From Candidatus Hydrogenedentota bacterium (GTDB lineage Bacteria; Hydrogenedentota; Hydrogenedentia; Hydrogenedentales; SLHB01): a stretch of 64,000 nt of DNA. A model generated the notes under the pieces. That model saw nothing but the letters and a program-made list of their open reading frames with translations. It had not been told where the DNA came from and did not search any database. Position numbers and translations under genes: made by a program. Below are positions 20,501 through 30,150 of the stretch, one piece after another (within the stretch, counting starts at the first letter, position 1; each line of letters starts with the position of its first letter). The stretch lies in contig JAWXCN010000152.1 in the NCBI GenBank assembly GCA_034408725.1, forward strand, positions 5,709 to 69,708, written 5' to 3'.

Positions 20501-21085
20501 TAAAAATGCCCAATGGTTGGAGCGCGCGCCGGAAACACGGTCATCCATCGTAGCGACGGACACAGCACCCGCAGGCCATGGAGCGCCCATGCGAATCCAA
20601 TCGCGAATTGCGCCAATGACTTCTTCTGGTAACTTGCCGGTGGGCGGCATTTTGGGTTCGCTGTCGTGCGCCAGCGCCTTTAGGATGAGGCTGCCGTCAA
20701 TTTCACCGGGAACGATGGCCGGACCGGATAGGCCTCCCTTGAGAATGGATTCGCGGGAATCCAGCCGCAAATCACTCTTCTGATTCTCGGGTCCGTGGCA
20801 TTGAAAGCACTGTTCGGCGAAAACGGGGCGAATCTTCGTCTCGAAAAACTCGATGGCTTCAGGATTGTCCGGAATGTTCACCGCCGGTTGGGTAACAGCA
20901 GTTTGTTTAAGGACATCTAGCAGCTTGGCCCACGCATCAGCATCGTTTTTGATCTGCTGGACCGCTTCGAGAAGGCGCTCGGCATCGTTTGCCGGTTCGG
21001 CGGTTGCGCTGACAACCGCCGCTACCGCTATGACGCCCGCTATCGCCATTCGCCGCCAACGGGCTATTTTAGGTGTACTGCGCAT
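17597..21085 (-). CDS. Planctomycete cytochrome c + DUF1549 (PSD1) + DUF1553 protein
   Basis: Signal peptide; FFETKIRPVFAEQCFQCH (CxxCH); LLRRVTFDLTGLPP, YGERWGRYWLDVARYADT, CARCHDHKFDP; NPLTARVWVNRVW, RLDFEALRD, VPQQALFMMN. Start probably ATG 21085. Confidence 0.92.
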   Translation of the reverse strand: MRSTPKIARWRRMAIAGVIAVAAVVSATAEPANDAERLLEAVQQIKNDADAWAKLLDVLKQTAVTQPAVNIPDNPEAIEFFETKIRPVFAEQCFQCHGPENQKSDLRLDSRESILKGGLSGPAIVPGEIDGSLILKALAHDSEPKMPPTGKLPEEVIGAIRDWIRMGAPWPAGAVSVATMDDRVSGARSNHWAFLPVTASAPPAVGDPAWVRTDVDAFVLAELEKAGLKPSASADKYTLLRRVTFDLTGLPPTADEVDAFVQDTTPGAYEQVVDRLLASPRYGERWGRYWLDVARYADTRGYVFQSERNIPFSHTYRDFVIRAFNEDLPYDTFVKQQLAADQLELGDDKRPLAAMGFLTLNRHFLGNVHDITDDRIDVVTRGLMGLTVTCARCHDHKFDPISMQDYYALYGVFRSSSEPAELPLIREPDPANPQYQDYVAKLQEAEAAERGLVKELHVDLLAHARAEIEGYMLAAFDTRDITDDEQFQTLARDRSLRWQLVGRWRDYLKKKAEAHDRLFAPWTAFAALPAEGFAEQAAPLTAQFTANADKQINPRVAGAFGGDPPASMADVAKRYATVLHAANDTWMNLLASEAQRGETTPSTALPDADDEAVRQALYGSDSPANIAEGDILPMYDVPTQNRVRDKNNAIARVKASHAGRPDRAMALVDADKPYDPHIFKRGNPQNKGDDVPRQFLAVLSEGGPKPFEKGSGRLELAEAIANAANPLTARVWVNRVWMNHFDRGIVETGSDFGVRTERPVHAALLDYLASRFMHDGWSTKKLHKVILLSNTYQQSSSNNAELRDKDPENRLWWRQNRHRLDFEALRDAVLASSGSLDLTMGGPSVDIVEPPFTARRTVYSYIERQNLPGMFRTFDFASPDTHSARRFRTTVPQQALFMMNSPFVIEQARELASRTDVVAASSALDRAKALYRLVYQREPDADECAMVETFIANQTTLPSRPAPAWQYGYGSVDEAAGRVTSFTAFAHYADREWRVSETMPDPELRYVSLSERGGHAGMDANHASIRRWIAPRDGAITIAGTLKQGEAEGQGDGVIGYVVSNRAGILWKSAVHNTEAAAEVARVDVVAGETIDFVVSCGGTDGFDSFRWAPRLRYDQAVATGSLDSAEWRAENDFSGPQPPPMEPWERYAQVLLASNEFAFID

Positions 21086-21342
21086 AAAGACATGATGCCT
21101 CAGGAGTAATCTACCAGCAGTGGCCGAGGCACGCAAGTAGGCCACATAAACGAATGCGGCCATAAAATCATCTTATTCGCCAGGGAACGGCTGTTTCACC
21201 CAAGCGGAGGGGGATTGCGGCAAAGTGATGCTTCGCGGTAAACTATACGATTCAAAGTGGTTATGCTTTTTCAATCACAATGGCACGCCATTTGCCTGTA
21301 GTTGGAGGGAAGTCATTGGGGTCTGACGAGGGAAACAGAACT

Positions 21343-22674
21343 GTGCGCCGTTTATCATCAATTGTACCGGTACTTCTTAGCGTCGTCGCATTGCTGATTG
21401 GAGGCAGTGTGATGGCCGCGCTCATTCTATTGCGCAAACCACCCGCCGAAGCATCGCCTGAAGACAAAGCCAAATCGATCCGCGTCGAGGCAGTCGCGGT
21501 GCATCCCCAAAGTGTTCCCATTACCATTGTAGGCTTCGGCGAGGTAAAGGCCCTGAACGTTGTCAAGATCGGCCCTGAAGTCAGTGGCCGCATCACCGAA
21601 ATTCATCCCAATTTGCTTGTTGGGGGAATTGTGCCGCAAGGCGAAGCAATGTTCGTCATCGACCCGGAACCGTACCAGGCACGTGTCGAGGATGCCCGTG
21701 CCCGCGTTTCGCAATTGGAGGGGTCCCTGGCGCGTTTCGAGATGGAGTCGGAAAACGAAAAGGCGCGAATGGCGGCAATGGAACGCTCCCGCGATCTGGC
21801 CGAAGACCAGTACGAACGTCTGAAACAACTTTTGTCGGCCGATAGCGTTGGTACGCAAACCAGTGTTGATGAAGCCGAGCGGATTTATGTAAATGCGAAA
21901 GACCAAACCGATCAGGTTGAGAATGAACTGACATTGTTTCCATTGCGGATACGCGAAGCAAAGGGCTCGCTGGAGTCGGCCCGGGCGCAGCTTAATGTCG
22001 CAGAGCTTGACCTGAAGCGCACGCGCGTAGATGCGCCGTTCACTGCGCGAGTCGTCACGGTATCCTTGAAAAAGGATCAAGTCATCGCGCCCGGGTCCCC
22101 GGTCGTGACGATTTCCGACGATTCGATCCTCGAGATTAGCGCGCCATTGAACAGTGCTGACGCGCGGGAATGGCTGCGTTTCAACGAGAACCGGTCTAAT
22201 CCCGGCGCGGCATGGTTCGCGGACCTCGAAAAGGTTGAATGCCGGGTTCGTTGGACGGACGATCCCGAGGGTCATTGCTGGATTGGCACGCTGGACCGCG
22301 TCGAATCGTTCGATCAGAATTCGAGGACCTTGACTGTCGCTGTGCGCGTAACGGGGGCGCAAGCCCTGGCTGGCACGAAAATGCTTCCCCTGGTCGAGGG
22401 CATGTTTTGTACCGTAGAGATACCGGGCCGCACCTTGGATAATGTGTACGGAATACCGCAACATGCCATCAACAATTTTGACGGCACTGTGTATATCGCG
22501 GCGGACAATCATCTGAAAACCGTCAGCGTTAAGGTGGCGAGGCGGGAAAAGGACCTTGCCTACATCGCGGAAGGACTCGAACCCGGCCAGCTTGTGATCA
22601 CGACTCGGCTCATGAATCCCCTTGAAAACTCGCCGCTCGACGTGGCTATGGAACCGGCGGTGACGACGCCATGA
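21343..22674 (+). CDS. RND efflux periplasmic adaptor (membrane fusion protein)
   Basis: N-terminal TM, VKIGPEVSGRI lipoyl-type motif, coiled-coil hairpin, RTRVDAPFTARV, GLEPGQLVIT. Start uncertain (ATG 21280 or GTG 21343). Confidence 0.88.
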   Translation: MRRLSSIVPVLLSVVALLIGGSVMAALILLRKPPAEASPEDKAKSIRVEAVAVHPQSVPITIVGFGEVKALNVVKIGPEVSGRITEIHPNLLVGGIVPQGEAMFVIDPEPYQARVEDARARVSQLEGSLARFEMESENEKARMAAMERSRDLAEDQYERLKQLLSADSVGTQTSVDEAERIYVNAKDQTDQVENELTLFPLRIREAKGSLESARAQLNVAELDLKRTRVDAPFTARVVTVSLKKDQVIAPGSPVVTISDDSILEISAPLNSADAREWLRFNENRSNPGAAWFADLEKVECRVRWTDDPEGHCWIGTLDRVESFDQNSRTLTVAVRVTGAQALAGTKMLPLVEGMFCTVEIPGRTLDNVYGIPQHAINNFDGTVYIAADNHLKTVSVKVARREKDLAYIAEGLEPGQLVITTRLMNPLENSPLDVAMEPAVTTP

Positions 22675-25600
22675 AGGAACTGATTCGCGCGATTGTCGCG
22701 AACAATGTTTTCGCCAACGTCGTCATGATCCTGGTGATCGTCGTTGGCGTGATTTCGGCCATGAGCATGGTCCGGGAAAGCATGCCCGAGTTTGATCTCG
22801 GCCTGATTGCAATTGAAGTACCTTTCCCAGGCGCCGACCCGGAGGAAGTCGAAGAAGGCATCTGCCGCCGCATCGAAGCCGCAATCGACGGCATGGAAGG
22901 CGTGAAAGACTACAACACTACGGCGTGGGAAGGGTACGCAAATGTCGAGGTCTGGGCCGAAGACGGGTACGACATTGACGACCTGAAAGATGCCGTTCGT
23001 AATGCGGTCGATTCCATTTCGACGTTTCCCGCGCGCGCGGAACAACCGGTCGTGTATGAAGTGCGGGACAGCGATGAAACCATCCACCTCGCGCTGTGGG
23101 GAGACCTTCCGGAACGCCAGTTGAAGGAATGGGCTGAGAACGTCAGGGACGATCTTCAGCGCCTTCCCCACATTTCGCGCGTTGAAGTCTATGGTGCGCG
23201 CACGTATGAAATCAGCATCGAGGTTTCCAAGGAACGGCTCTGGGAATACGGACTCACTCTGGATGAAGTGACACAGGCGGTCTTTCAGGGAAGCCTGAAC
23301 CTTCCCGCCGGCACGATCCGCACCGAGGGCGAAGAAATCCGCATCCGTACCATCGGGCGAAAGTACAATGGACGCGATTTCGCTTCCGTCGTGATTAAAT
23401 CATCGCCCAATGGAGAAGTGATCACTCTCGACAAGGTCGCCGACATTCGTGATGCGTTTACCGAGAACCCGTCGTACTCGACATTTAATAATAGCCCCTG
23501 CGTGTTGGTTGCGGTGATAAAAGGACGTGGCGAAGATTCTCTGGCACAGTCGCAGGGCGCGCGCGAGTATGCGGCCCAAAAGGCCAAAGACCTTCCGGAG
23601 GGCCTTCACATCACGCCATGTTTCGACGAAAGTGAATTCATCACCGGCCAGATCAGTTTGCTGACGGAGGATGCGGTGTCGGGAATGCTGCTGGTGGTGC
23701 TGACGCTGTGGTTGTTCCTCAATACGCGGCTGAGCTTTTGGATCGCCACCGGAATTCCTGTCTCCTTTTGCGGCGCCATGATTATCCTGTACATGACGGG
23801 CATGAGCATCAATCAAATCTCCCTGGTGGGATTCATCGTCGTGCTGGGCATCGTGGTGGATGACGCCATCGTGGTCGGCGAAGCGGTGTATACTCACCGC
23901 CAGAATGGGCTGGGGCCGCTTGATGCCGCCATCGCCGGCGTGCGCGAAGTGGGCGCGCCAGTATTCGCGGCGATCATGACAATGATTACGGCATTTGTGC
24001 CGCTTGCGTTTGTCCCAGGAATCATGGGGCAAATTATTAAGGTAATGCCCGTCGTAGTAATTGCAACGATGATCATTTCGACGTTTGAAAGCCTTTTTCT
24101 GCTCCCGACGCACCTCAACCATTTGCCGGACGCCAACGCGCCGAAAAAACTTCGTCCTCGCTGGCAGGAACGGTTAATTGCGTTCCACGCATCGTTCGCG
24201 AACGGACTTCAATGGTTTGCCGAGCATTGTTACCACCCATTCGCGAAGCTGGCCATCCGATACCGCTACGTCACCTTAAGTTTTGGTGTCAGCGTCATGC
24301 TGGTCGCCGCGGGGCTCGTCGCAGGTGGTCTTGTGCGCGTCATCTTCTGGCCACCGGCTGATGGCGATCATTTGCAGGCATCGGTCGAGTTTCCGCCGGG
24401 CACGCCCGCCGAAGTCACCCGGGACGCCGTCGAACTGACGCGTGACGCCTTTGAACGGGTGGCCGCGCGCACCAAAACGGGAACGGGCGAACCGCTGATT
24501 CGCAATATATTCACTCGCGTCAATTCGTTTCAGGCCAACCAGGGATACATTAGCGTTGAAATGATTTCCGCCGGCAAACGGAACGTACACTCGCAGGACT
24601 TGTCCGCGGCGTGGCAGGAGGAAGTCGGAATCATTCCGGGCGCCGTGCAGCAGGCCTTCCTCGAGGACCAGATTGGCATGGGCGGGCCGCCAATTGAAAT
24701 TTGGCTCCAGGGAGAGGACCGCGATGCGTTGCGCAGCGCTGCGAATGAATTGAAGAACAAACTCGCCGGATACGACGGCGTGTATCAAATTACCGACGAT
24801 CTTCGGGCCGGTAAAACGGAAATGCAGATTCGCTTGAAGCCTGAAGCGCATCCCTTGGGTTTAACGCTCGACCAGGTCGCGCGGCACTTATATTCGGGCT
24901 ACTACGGCGAGGAAGCGCAACGGTTCCAGCGCGGCCGAGACGACGTGCGGGTGCGCATTCGCTATCCGGAGGAGGAACGCGAAACGCTCGCGGAACTCGA
25001 TAAAGTCCGCGTACACACTCCTCTAGGGTACGACGTGCCACTGATGTCGGTGGCGGAGATCACGATGGCGCCAGGTGTATCGAACATCAAGGGAAGCAAT
25101 GGTCTGCGGCGCGTGGCCGTGACCGCGGCGGTTGATTTCAACCGGGCCAACCCGAGCGAGGTGGTGACGGACTTGAGCGCGAACTTCCTCGACGGACTGT
25201 GCGCGCAATATGGCGACATGTCGTGGACAGTGGAAGGGGTTGAAGAAAGCAACCGTGAGACATTGGCGGGCATTCAACGCGGTTTTGCTATTGCGGCACT
25301 GGGAATCTTTATCATTCTCGCAACGACATTTCGATCCTATCTCCAGCCGGTGATCATCATGTTCATCATTCCATTTGGAATCGTCGGCGCATTGTTCGGG
25401 CATTTTGCGATGGGCATTCCGCTGACGTTCCTGAGCCTGTTCGGAATTATCGCGCTGGCGGGCATTGTCGTCAACGATTCGATCGTGTTATTCGAATGCG
25501 TGAACGATCTGATTGCCAAGGGCACGCCGTTTTATGAAGCCCTATCGCTTGCCGGCGTGCGGCGGTTCCGCGCGATATTCCTGACCTCGACAACGACATT

Positions 25601-25874
25601 TATTGGCCTTGGCCCGCTCGTCTGGGAACGTGATCTCCAAGCGCAGGTCGTCATCCCTATGGGCGTTTCCATCGCCGCGGGGTCAGCGTTCGCAACCGTA
25701 GTAACGCTCCTGCTTACCCCCTGTCTCATCGCCATCACGAACGATCTGCGGCGCGCCGCGCATCGCGCGCTGCATGGTGTCTGGCCAACACCCGAATCGG
25801 TTGAGCCTGCGCGGAAACGAAACGAGTCCGCGGAACAACATATACCGGTCCCAACAGTAGCGGAAGCGGTGTAA
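22671..25874 (+). CDS. RND efflux permease (AcrB/AcrD/AcrF family)
   Basis: 1067 aa, FPGADPEEVEE, GIVVDDAIVVGE (TM4 DD), RFRAIFLTSTTT; ATGA overlap with adaptor gene. Confidence 0.93.
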   Translation: MKELIRAIVANNVFANVVMILVIVVGVISAMSMVRESMPEFDLGLIAIEVPFPGADPEEVEEGICRRIEAAIDGMEGVKDYNTTAWEGYANVEVWAEDGYDIDDLKDAVRNAVDSISTFPARAEQPVVYEVRDSDETIHLALWGDLPERQLKEWAENVRDDLQRLPHISRVEVYGARTYEISIEVSKERLWEYGLTLDEVTQAVFQGSLNLPAGTIRTEGEEIRIRTIGRKYNGRDFASVVIKSSPNGEVITLDKVADIRDAFTENPSYSTFNNSPCVLVAVIKGRGEDSLAQSQGAREYAAQKAKDLPEGLHITPCFDESEFITGQISLLTEDAVSGMLLVVLTLWLFLNTRLSFWIATGIPVSFCGAMIILYMTGMSINQISLVGFIVVLGIVVDDAIVVGEAVYTHRQNGLGPLDAAIAGVREVGAPVFAAIMTMITAFVPLAFVPGIMGQIIKVMPVVVIATMIISTFESLFLLPTHLNHLPDANAPKKLRPRWQERLIAFHASFANGLQWFAEHCYHPFAKLAIRYRYVTLSFGVSVMLVAAGLVAGGLVRVIFWPPADGDHLQASVEFPPGTPAEVTRDAVELTRDAFERVAARTKTGTGEPLIRNIFTRVNSFQANQGYISVEMISAGKRNVHSQDLSAAWQEEVGIIPGAVQQAFLEDQIGMGGPPIEIWLQGEDRDALRSAANELKNKLAGYDGVYQITDDLRAGKTEMQIRLKPEAHPLGLTLDQVARHLYSGYYGEEAQRFQRGRDDVRVRIRYPEEERETLAELDKVRVHTPLGYDVPLMSVAEITMAPGVSNIKGSNGLRRVAVTAAVDFNRANPSEVVTDLSANFLDGLCAQYGDMSWTVEGVEESNRETLAGIQRGFAIAALGIFIILATTFRSYLQPVIIMFIIPFGIVGALFGHFAMGIPLTFLSLFGIIALAGIVVNDSIVLFECVNDLIAKGTPFYEALSLAGVRRFRAIFLTSTTTFIGLGPLVWERDLQAQVVIPMGVSIAAGSAFATVVTLLLTPCLIAITNDLRRAAHRALHGVWPTPESVEPARKRNESAEQHIPVPTVAEAV

Positions 25875-25950
25875 TTCGAGTTCTGCGTGAACGAACGGCG
25901 ATCCGGTATAGTACGATGTCTTTTGGGAACCATACGAAGGGGGTGACGAC

Positions 25951-26364
25951 ATGTTCCGTATTGCATTCGCGGCATTGGCGGCTTTGATCGTTGCGAGCGG
26001 TTGTATTTCGGTGAAAGGAAACGTAAACGTGGAGGAGGAAGTCGCAGGCGCCGGAACGTTAATCCTTCGACACGTGGTGTTCTTCAAGTTCAAAGACGGC
26101 AGCAGCGATGCTGACATCCAACAAGTTCAAACCGCGTTTCTAGATCTCAAAAATGGCATTGATACCGTCCGTCACATCGAAGCCGGAACTAATGTTAGCG
26201 TCGAGAACCTCAGTGAGGGCTTTACCCACTGCTTCATCGTGACGTTCGACAACGCCGCCGGCCGCGACACCTATCTCACCCATCCTGTTCACGACGAATT
26301 CGTGAAATTGGCAGGCCCGCATTTAGACAAGGTCTGTGTCATCGATTTTGTGCCTGTTAGGTAG
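25951..26364 (+). CDS. Dabb (stress-responsive A/B barrel) family lipoprotein
   Basis: Lipobox IVASGC; LRHVVFFKFK, GFTHCF.VTF, YL.HP.H, VIDF. Confidence 0.88.
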   Translation: MFRIAFAALAALIVASGCISVKGNVNVEEEVAGAGTLILRHVVFFKFKDGSSDADIQQVQTAFLDLKNGIDTVRHIEAGTNVSVENLSEGFTHCFIVTFDNAAGRDTYLTHPVHDEFVKLAGPHLDKVCVIDFVPVR

Positions 26365-26684
26365 TTTGACCGGCCACAGTACCCACCGAATTGGAATTCG
26401 GCGCTACGTAACCTCTTGGCTTATTTGAACTAAGGAATTTTGAATATCACAATTCAATAAAATCAATTCCGTAAATCTAATTTAATCCGCTAATCACAAA
26501 AATTAAGTGCAAAAATCCCGTTTGACGTGTTACAATCCCTCCCTTGACCTGATGACATATGCCTCGACGTTCTGGGGAAGGCTCTTACACGCCTGTGAAC
26601 AAGAGGCCCTCGCTTTGGCTTTACCGTGCCGTGCTTTCCATCTCAAGAGGGCGCTTTTGAATTTATAGAACCGGGAGTGCAAGC

Positions 26685-28268
26685 ATGGGAATTCAGGCAA
26701 CATTTCAGCGACGGGTTAGCGAGTATCTTCAGTCCTTGTTCGATGGCGATCCCGAATCGATCCAGAAAAGCCCCCTGTTCGCCGGCATGTCACGCCGCGA
26801 TTTACTGTTTGGCGGCGGGTTGGCCGCGACGGTGTTGGGCGCGAGCGGATGTCCGCCGGCGGACATGGCGATCGAGGCTGCTTCGGAAGACGATGCGAAG
26901 CACGGCGAGAAAGGCATCGACCCGGTGTTGCGCCGGTTGGTCGAGCGTTGCACGTATGGCGCAAATCAGTACGAGCTGAACCTCGCCAAGCAGATGGGGT
27001 ACGATGAGTACCTCGCCTACCAACTTGATTACAACCAAATTGACGATTCCGAAATGGAAGCACGTCTGTCAGGATATCAAAGCCTCCATTACTCCGCGAA
27101 ACAGATGGCGCTCGCGGGCGAGATGGGCAACTACGACGTCTTCTACGAACTGGTGAATTCGACGATCCTGCGCGCGGCGTACAGCAAGCGCCAACTGTAT
27201 CAGCGCATGGTGGAATTCTGGACCGACCATTTCAACATCTATATTGAAAAAGATTACATGTACTACCTCAAACCGGTGGACGACCGGGAGGTCATTCGCA
27301 AGCATGCAATGGGAACGTTTCCTGAGTTGCTGTCGGCAAGCGGGCACAGTCCGGCAATGCTGGTCTATCTCGATAACGATCCCAGTTCCAAAGAGGCGCC
27401 GAACCAGAACTACGCGCGCGAGCTTATGGAATTGCACACCCTGGGCGTCGGCAATTTTTCCCAGCAGGACGTGGAAGAGGTCGCGCGATGCTTCACGGGG
27501 TGGTCCCTCGAATACGACTGGGAAAGTCCGTCATGGGGAACGTTCAAGTTTTATGGTTGGGCGCACGATAGAAAAAGGAAAAAGGTGCTCGGGCACGACG
27601 TTCCGAGAAGGGGCGGTGTGGAAGACGGACAAACCGTCTTTGACATATTAAGCAAGAGCGACAGTATCGCGCCAATTTGCGCGCGCTTCATCGGAAAAAA
27701 AATCGCCAATTGGTTGTGGGGTTACGACCCGCCGGAGGCGCTGATTGACAGCATGGCGAAGTCGTATCTGGGCAGTGACGGCAGCATCAAGAAGATGGTG
27801 AAGACCGCGCTCAGCCACGAGTGGTTGAGCCAGGCGCAGCCCAAGCTGAAGCGCCCGTTCCACTACGTCATTTCCTCAATGCGCATGGCGCCATCGGATA
27901 TCCCTGAGTTTTGGGGTGTGCGCTACGCATTGTCGTTGATGGGTCACGAACCATTCCAATGGGCGCCGCCCAATGGCTATCCGGACGCGCTGCAATTCTG
28001 GGGGGGATCGCTGATGCCGCGTTGGCGTTACGGCGCGCTCGTGTACACGCAGAATTACAGTCCGCAATTCGACCTATCGAAGTTTGAAGGCGAAATCGAA
28101 CCCCTCCAATTCATGAACCGGCTTAATCGGGATTTCTTCGGCGGAAAAATTTCCGCCACCGACAAAGCGTTGCTGCTGGATTACGTTCAGGAAAATCCTT
28201 ACTCCGAATGGCGGCGCAAAGAAGCGTTGGGACTGGCGATTTCCTGTTCCGGTTTTCAATGGTATTAG
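26685..28268 (+). CDS. DUF1800 family protein with Tat/lipoprotein-like signal
   Basis: SRRDLL...ASGC; RQLYQRMVEFWTDHFN, SPAMLVYLDN, PNQNYARELMELHTLG, PPNGYPD. Confidence 0.9.
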   Translation: MGIQATFQRRVSEYLQSLFDGDPESIQKSPLFAGMSRRDLLFGGGLAATVLGASGCPPADMAIEAASEDDAKHGEKGIDPVLRRLVERCTYGANQYELNLAKQMGYDEYLAYQLDYNQIDDSEMEARLSGYQSLHYSAKQMALAGEMGNYDVFYELVNSTILRAAYSKRQLYQRMVEFWTDHFNIYIEKDYMYYLKPVDDREVIRKHAMGTFPELLSASGHSPAMLVYLDNDPSSKEAPNQNYARELMELHTLGVGNFSQQDVEEVARCFTGWSLEYDWESPSWGTFKFYGWAHDRKRKKVLGHDVPRRGGVEDGQTVFDILSKSDSIAPICARFIGKKIANWLWGYDPPEALIDSMAKSYLGSDGSIKKMVKTALSHEWLSQAQPKLKRPFHYVISSMRMAPSDIPEFWGVRYALSLMGHEPFQWAPPNGYPDALQFWGGSLMPRWRYGALVYTQNYSPQFDLSKFEGEIEPLQFMNRLNRDFFGGKISATDKALLLDYVQENPYSEWRRKEALGLAISCSGFQWY

Positions 28269-28280
28269 GAGAAACCTGCC

Positions 28281-29564
28281 ATGCAAACGTGTAAGCAGAC
28301 TGGCTGCGTCGAATACCGGAACCTGACGCGCCGGCAATTCATGGGCGTAAGTGCCGCGACGGCCGCCGTTGTCGGCGCGCCCTTGTGGTTGCCTCGTGTG
28401 GCGTATGCCGGAGCTCCGTCTACCCGCGACGTGCTCATCACAGTATTCCTCCGCGGCGGCGCCGACGGATTGTCCCTTTGCGTGCCGCATGGCGATGACG
28501 GCTACTACGCATTGCGGCCAAACCTGAACATTCCGCGGCCGGACAGCACGAGCGAGTTTGCATGTCTCGACCTTGACGGATTTTTTGGCATCCCCAAAAC
28601 GATGCGCGGCATTTGCGACGCGTATGACGACGGCGACCTGCTCTTTGTACACGCCACGGGATCGATTGACGAATCGCGCTCGCATTTTCAGTCGATGAAT
28701 GTAATGGAAACGGGCAAGCCGCTGGACCCGACCCTGTTTACCGGCTGGGTTGGCCGTCATCTCATGACCATTGATCCGGTGAATCCGAACGCAATCCTGC
28801 GAGCGGTCGCTATCAACTCGTCGCTTCAACGGTCGCTCGCGGGCAGTCCATTGGCGTTGCCGGTGCCTGATCTCACCAACTTCGGGCTCGACGGATGGGA
28901 CGAGACCATGGACGAGCGGATCGCATTGCTGGGATCATCGTATGCCGCGGGTTCGCCACTACTCCAAACCCACGCGGCAAACACCATCACAACAATCGGC
29001 ATGTTGGAAAATATCGGGTTCGAGAGCTACGCGCCATCGAACAATGCAGAATATCCTGACACGTATTTCGGCACGTCGTTCAAATCAAGCGCGGCACTGA
29101 TCAAAGCTGCCATTGGCGTCGAAGCGATCGCGGTCGATATCGGCGGATGGGACACCCACGCGGACCAGCAGCCGCGTCAGGGCTATCTAGCGGACCTGAT
29201 GCAGGAATTGGCGGACACGCTTGGCGCGTTTCACGCGGACATGGCCGGGGACGCGAGCAAGAATTATGTGGTGGTGGTCATGTCCGAATTCGGGCGCATA
29301 GCTTACGAGAACGGGACAGCGGGCACCGACCACGGTCATGGCGGCGCGTTGATTTGCATGGGCAACCATATTTCCGGTGGGCGCGTGCTGGCGAATTGGC
29401 CCGGACTCGCCGACGATGAATTGTTCCAGGGACAGGACCTTGCCATTACCATTGATTACCGCGACGTGCTTGCGGAAATTGTCCAAACACGGCTGGGTAA
29501 TTCAAATCTCTCCACGGTGTTCCCGGATTACACCCCGGCGTTTCACGGGGTAACGGAGGCGTAG
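28281..29564 (+). CDS. DUF1501 family protein (DUF1800-associated type) with Tat signal
   Basis: TRRQFM; VFLRGGADGLS, RSHFQS, GGWDTH, MSEFGR, GTDHGHG, TIDYRDV; 12 nt after the DUF1800 stop. Confidence 0.9.
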   Translation: MQTCKQTGCVEYRNLTRRQFMGVSAATAAVVGAPLWLPRVAYAGAPSTRDVLITVFLRGGADGLSLCVPHGDDGYYALRPNLNIPRPDSTSEFACLDLDGFFGIPKTMRGICDAYDDGDLLFVHATGSIDESRSHFQSMNVMETGKPLDPTLFTGWVGRHLMTIDPVNPNAILRAVAINSSLQRSLAGSPLALPVPDLTNFGLDGWDETMDERIALLGSSYAAGSPLLQTHAANTITTIGMLENIGFESYAPSNNAEYPDTYFGTSFKSSAALIKAAIGVEAIAVDIGGWDTHADQQPRQGYLADLMQELADTLGAFHADMAGDASKNYVVVVMSEFGRIAYENGTAGTDHGHGGALICMGNHISGGRVLANWPGLADDELFQGQDLAITIDYRDVLAEIVQTRLGNSNLSTVFPDYTPAFHGVTEA

Positions 29565-29666
29565 TTTCGCCTGCCACGCCTCCCCCAGGGCAATCGCGCT
29601 TAAGTCCCGAATAACCCGGCCTGACGCCAACAAAATTGGCGCCGTCGGGGGAACGGCTATGCGCGC

Positions 29667-29982
29667 AGCCAAATGACGTCCGAAATCCGCGCGGAGCGCC
29701 TTGGAGTGCGGCGGCGGGTAGCTGCCGCTTTCTATTTCCTGGGCATGATCGCTTCGTAATTAAGCGTAATTGCGCCTGAGCTTCGATTCGCGTGTTCCTG
29801 AAGTCTTCAAATTTATTCGAGAATTTCGAGTACCCCGAAGTGAAAGCGGCGCTGACACGCCGCAGTCCAAGGCGCTTCGCGCGGCCAGCCGACGTCTAAA
29901 ATCCAGGCGAAGCGCCTTGGAGTGCGGCGGCGGGTAGCTGCCGCTTTCCATTTCCTGGGTGAGTTAGCTTCGCAATTAAGCG
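29667..29982. repeat. REP/BIME/REPIN-like palindromic repeat cluster (direct, inverted, direct; 216-bp period)
   Basis: 29695-29743 and 29911-29959 are 48/49 identical (AGCGCCTTGGAGTGCGGCGGCGGGTAGCTGCCGCTTT...). An inverted relative lies at 29843-29876. Each has a GCGGC...GCCGC hairpin. Confidence 0.85.
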
Positions 29983-30150
29983 CGGTTGCCCTGACGCCTC
30001 CCCCTCTCTTAGCGCGCGCTTGGGCGCTGGTGCTATTCTCTTGAACGATCCCAGCGACTGCAGTTTTTGCGGCGCGAAAGATTCTGTCCGCAATGCATCA
30101 AGCGCTTCGCGCAATTGTTCGTTGGAACTTTCAACAACAAGGATTCTTTT

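Noticed and set aside
29667-29982. Possible CRISPR array
   Set aside because: Only two direct copies, 167 nt between them, an inverted copy in between, and no cas genes; fits REP-type repeats.
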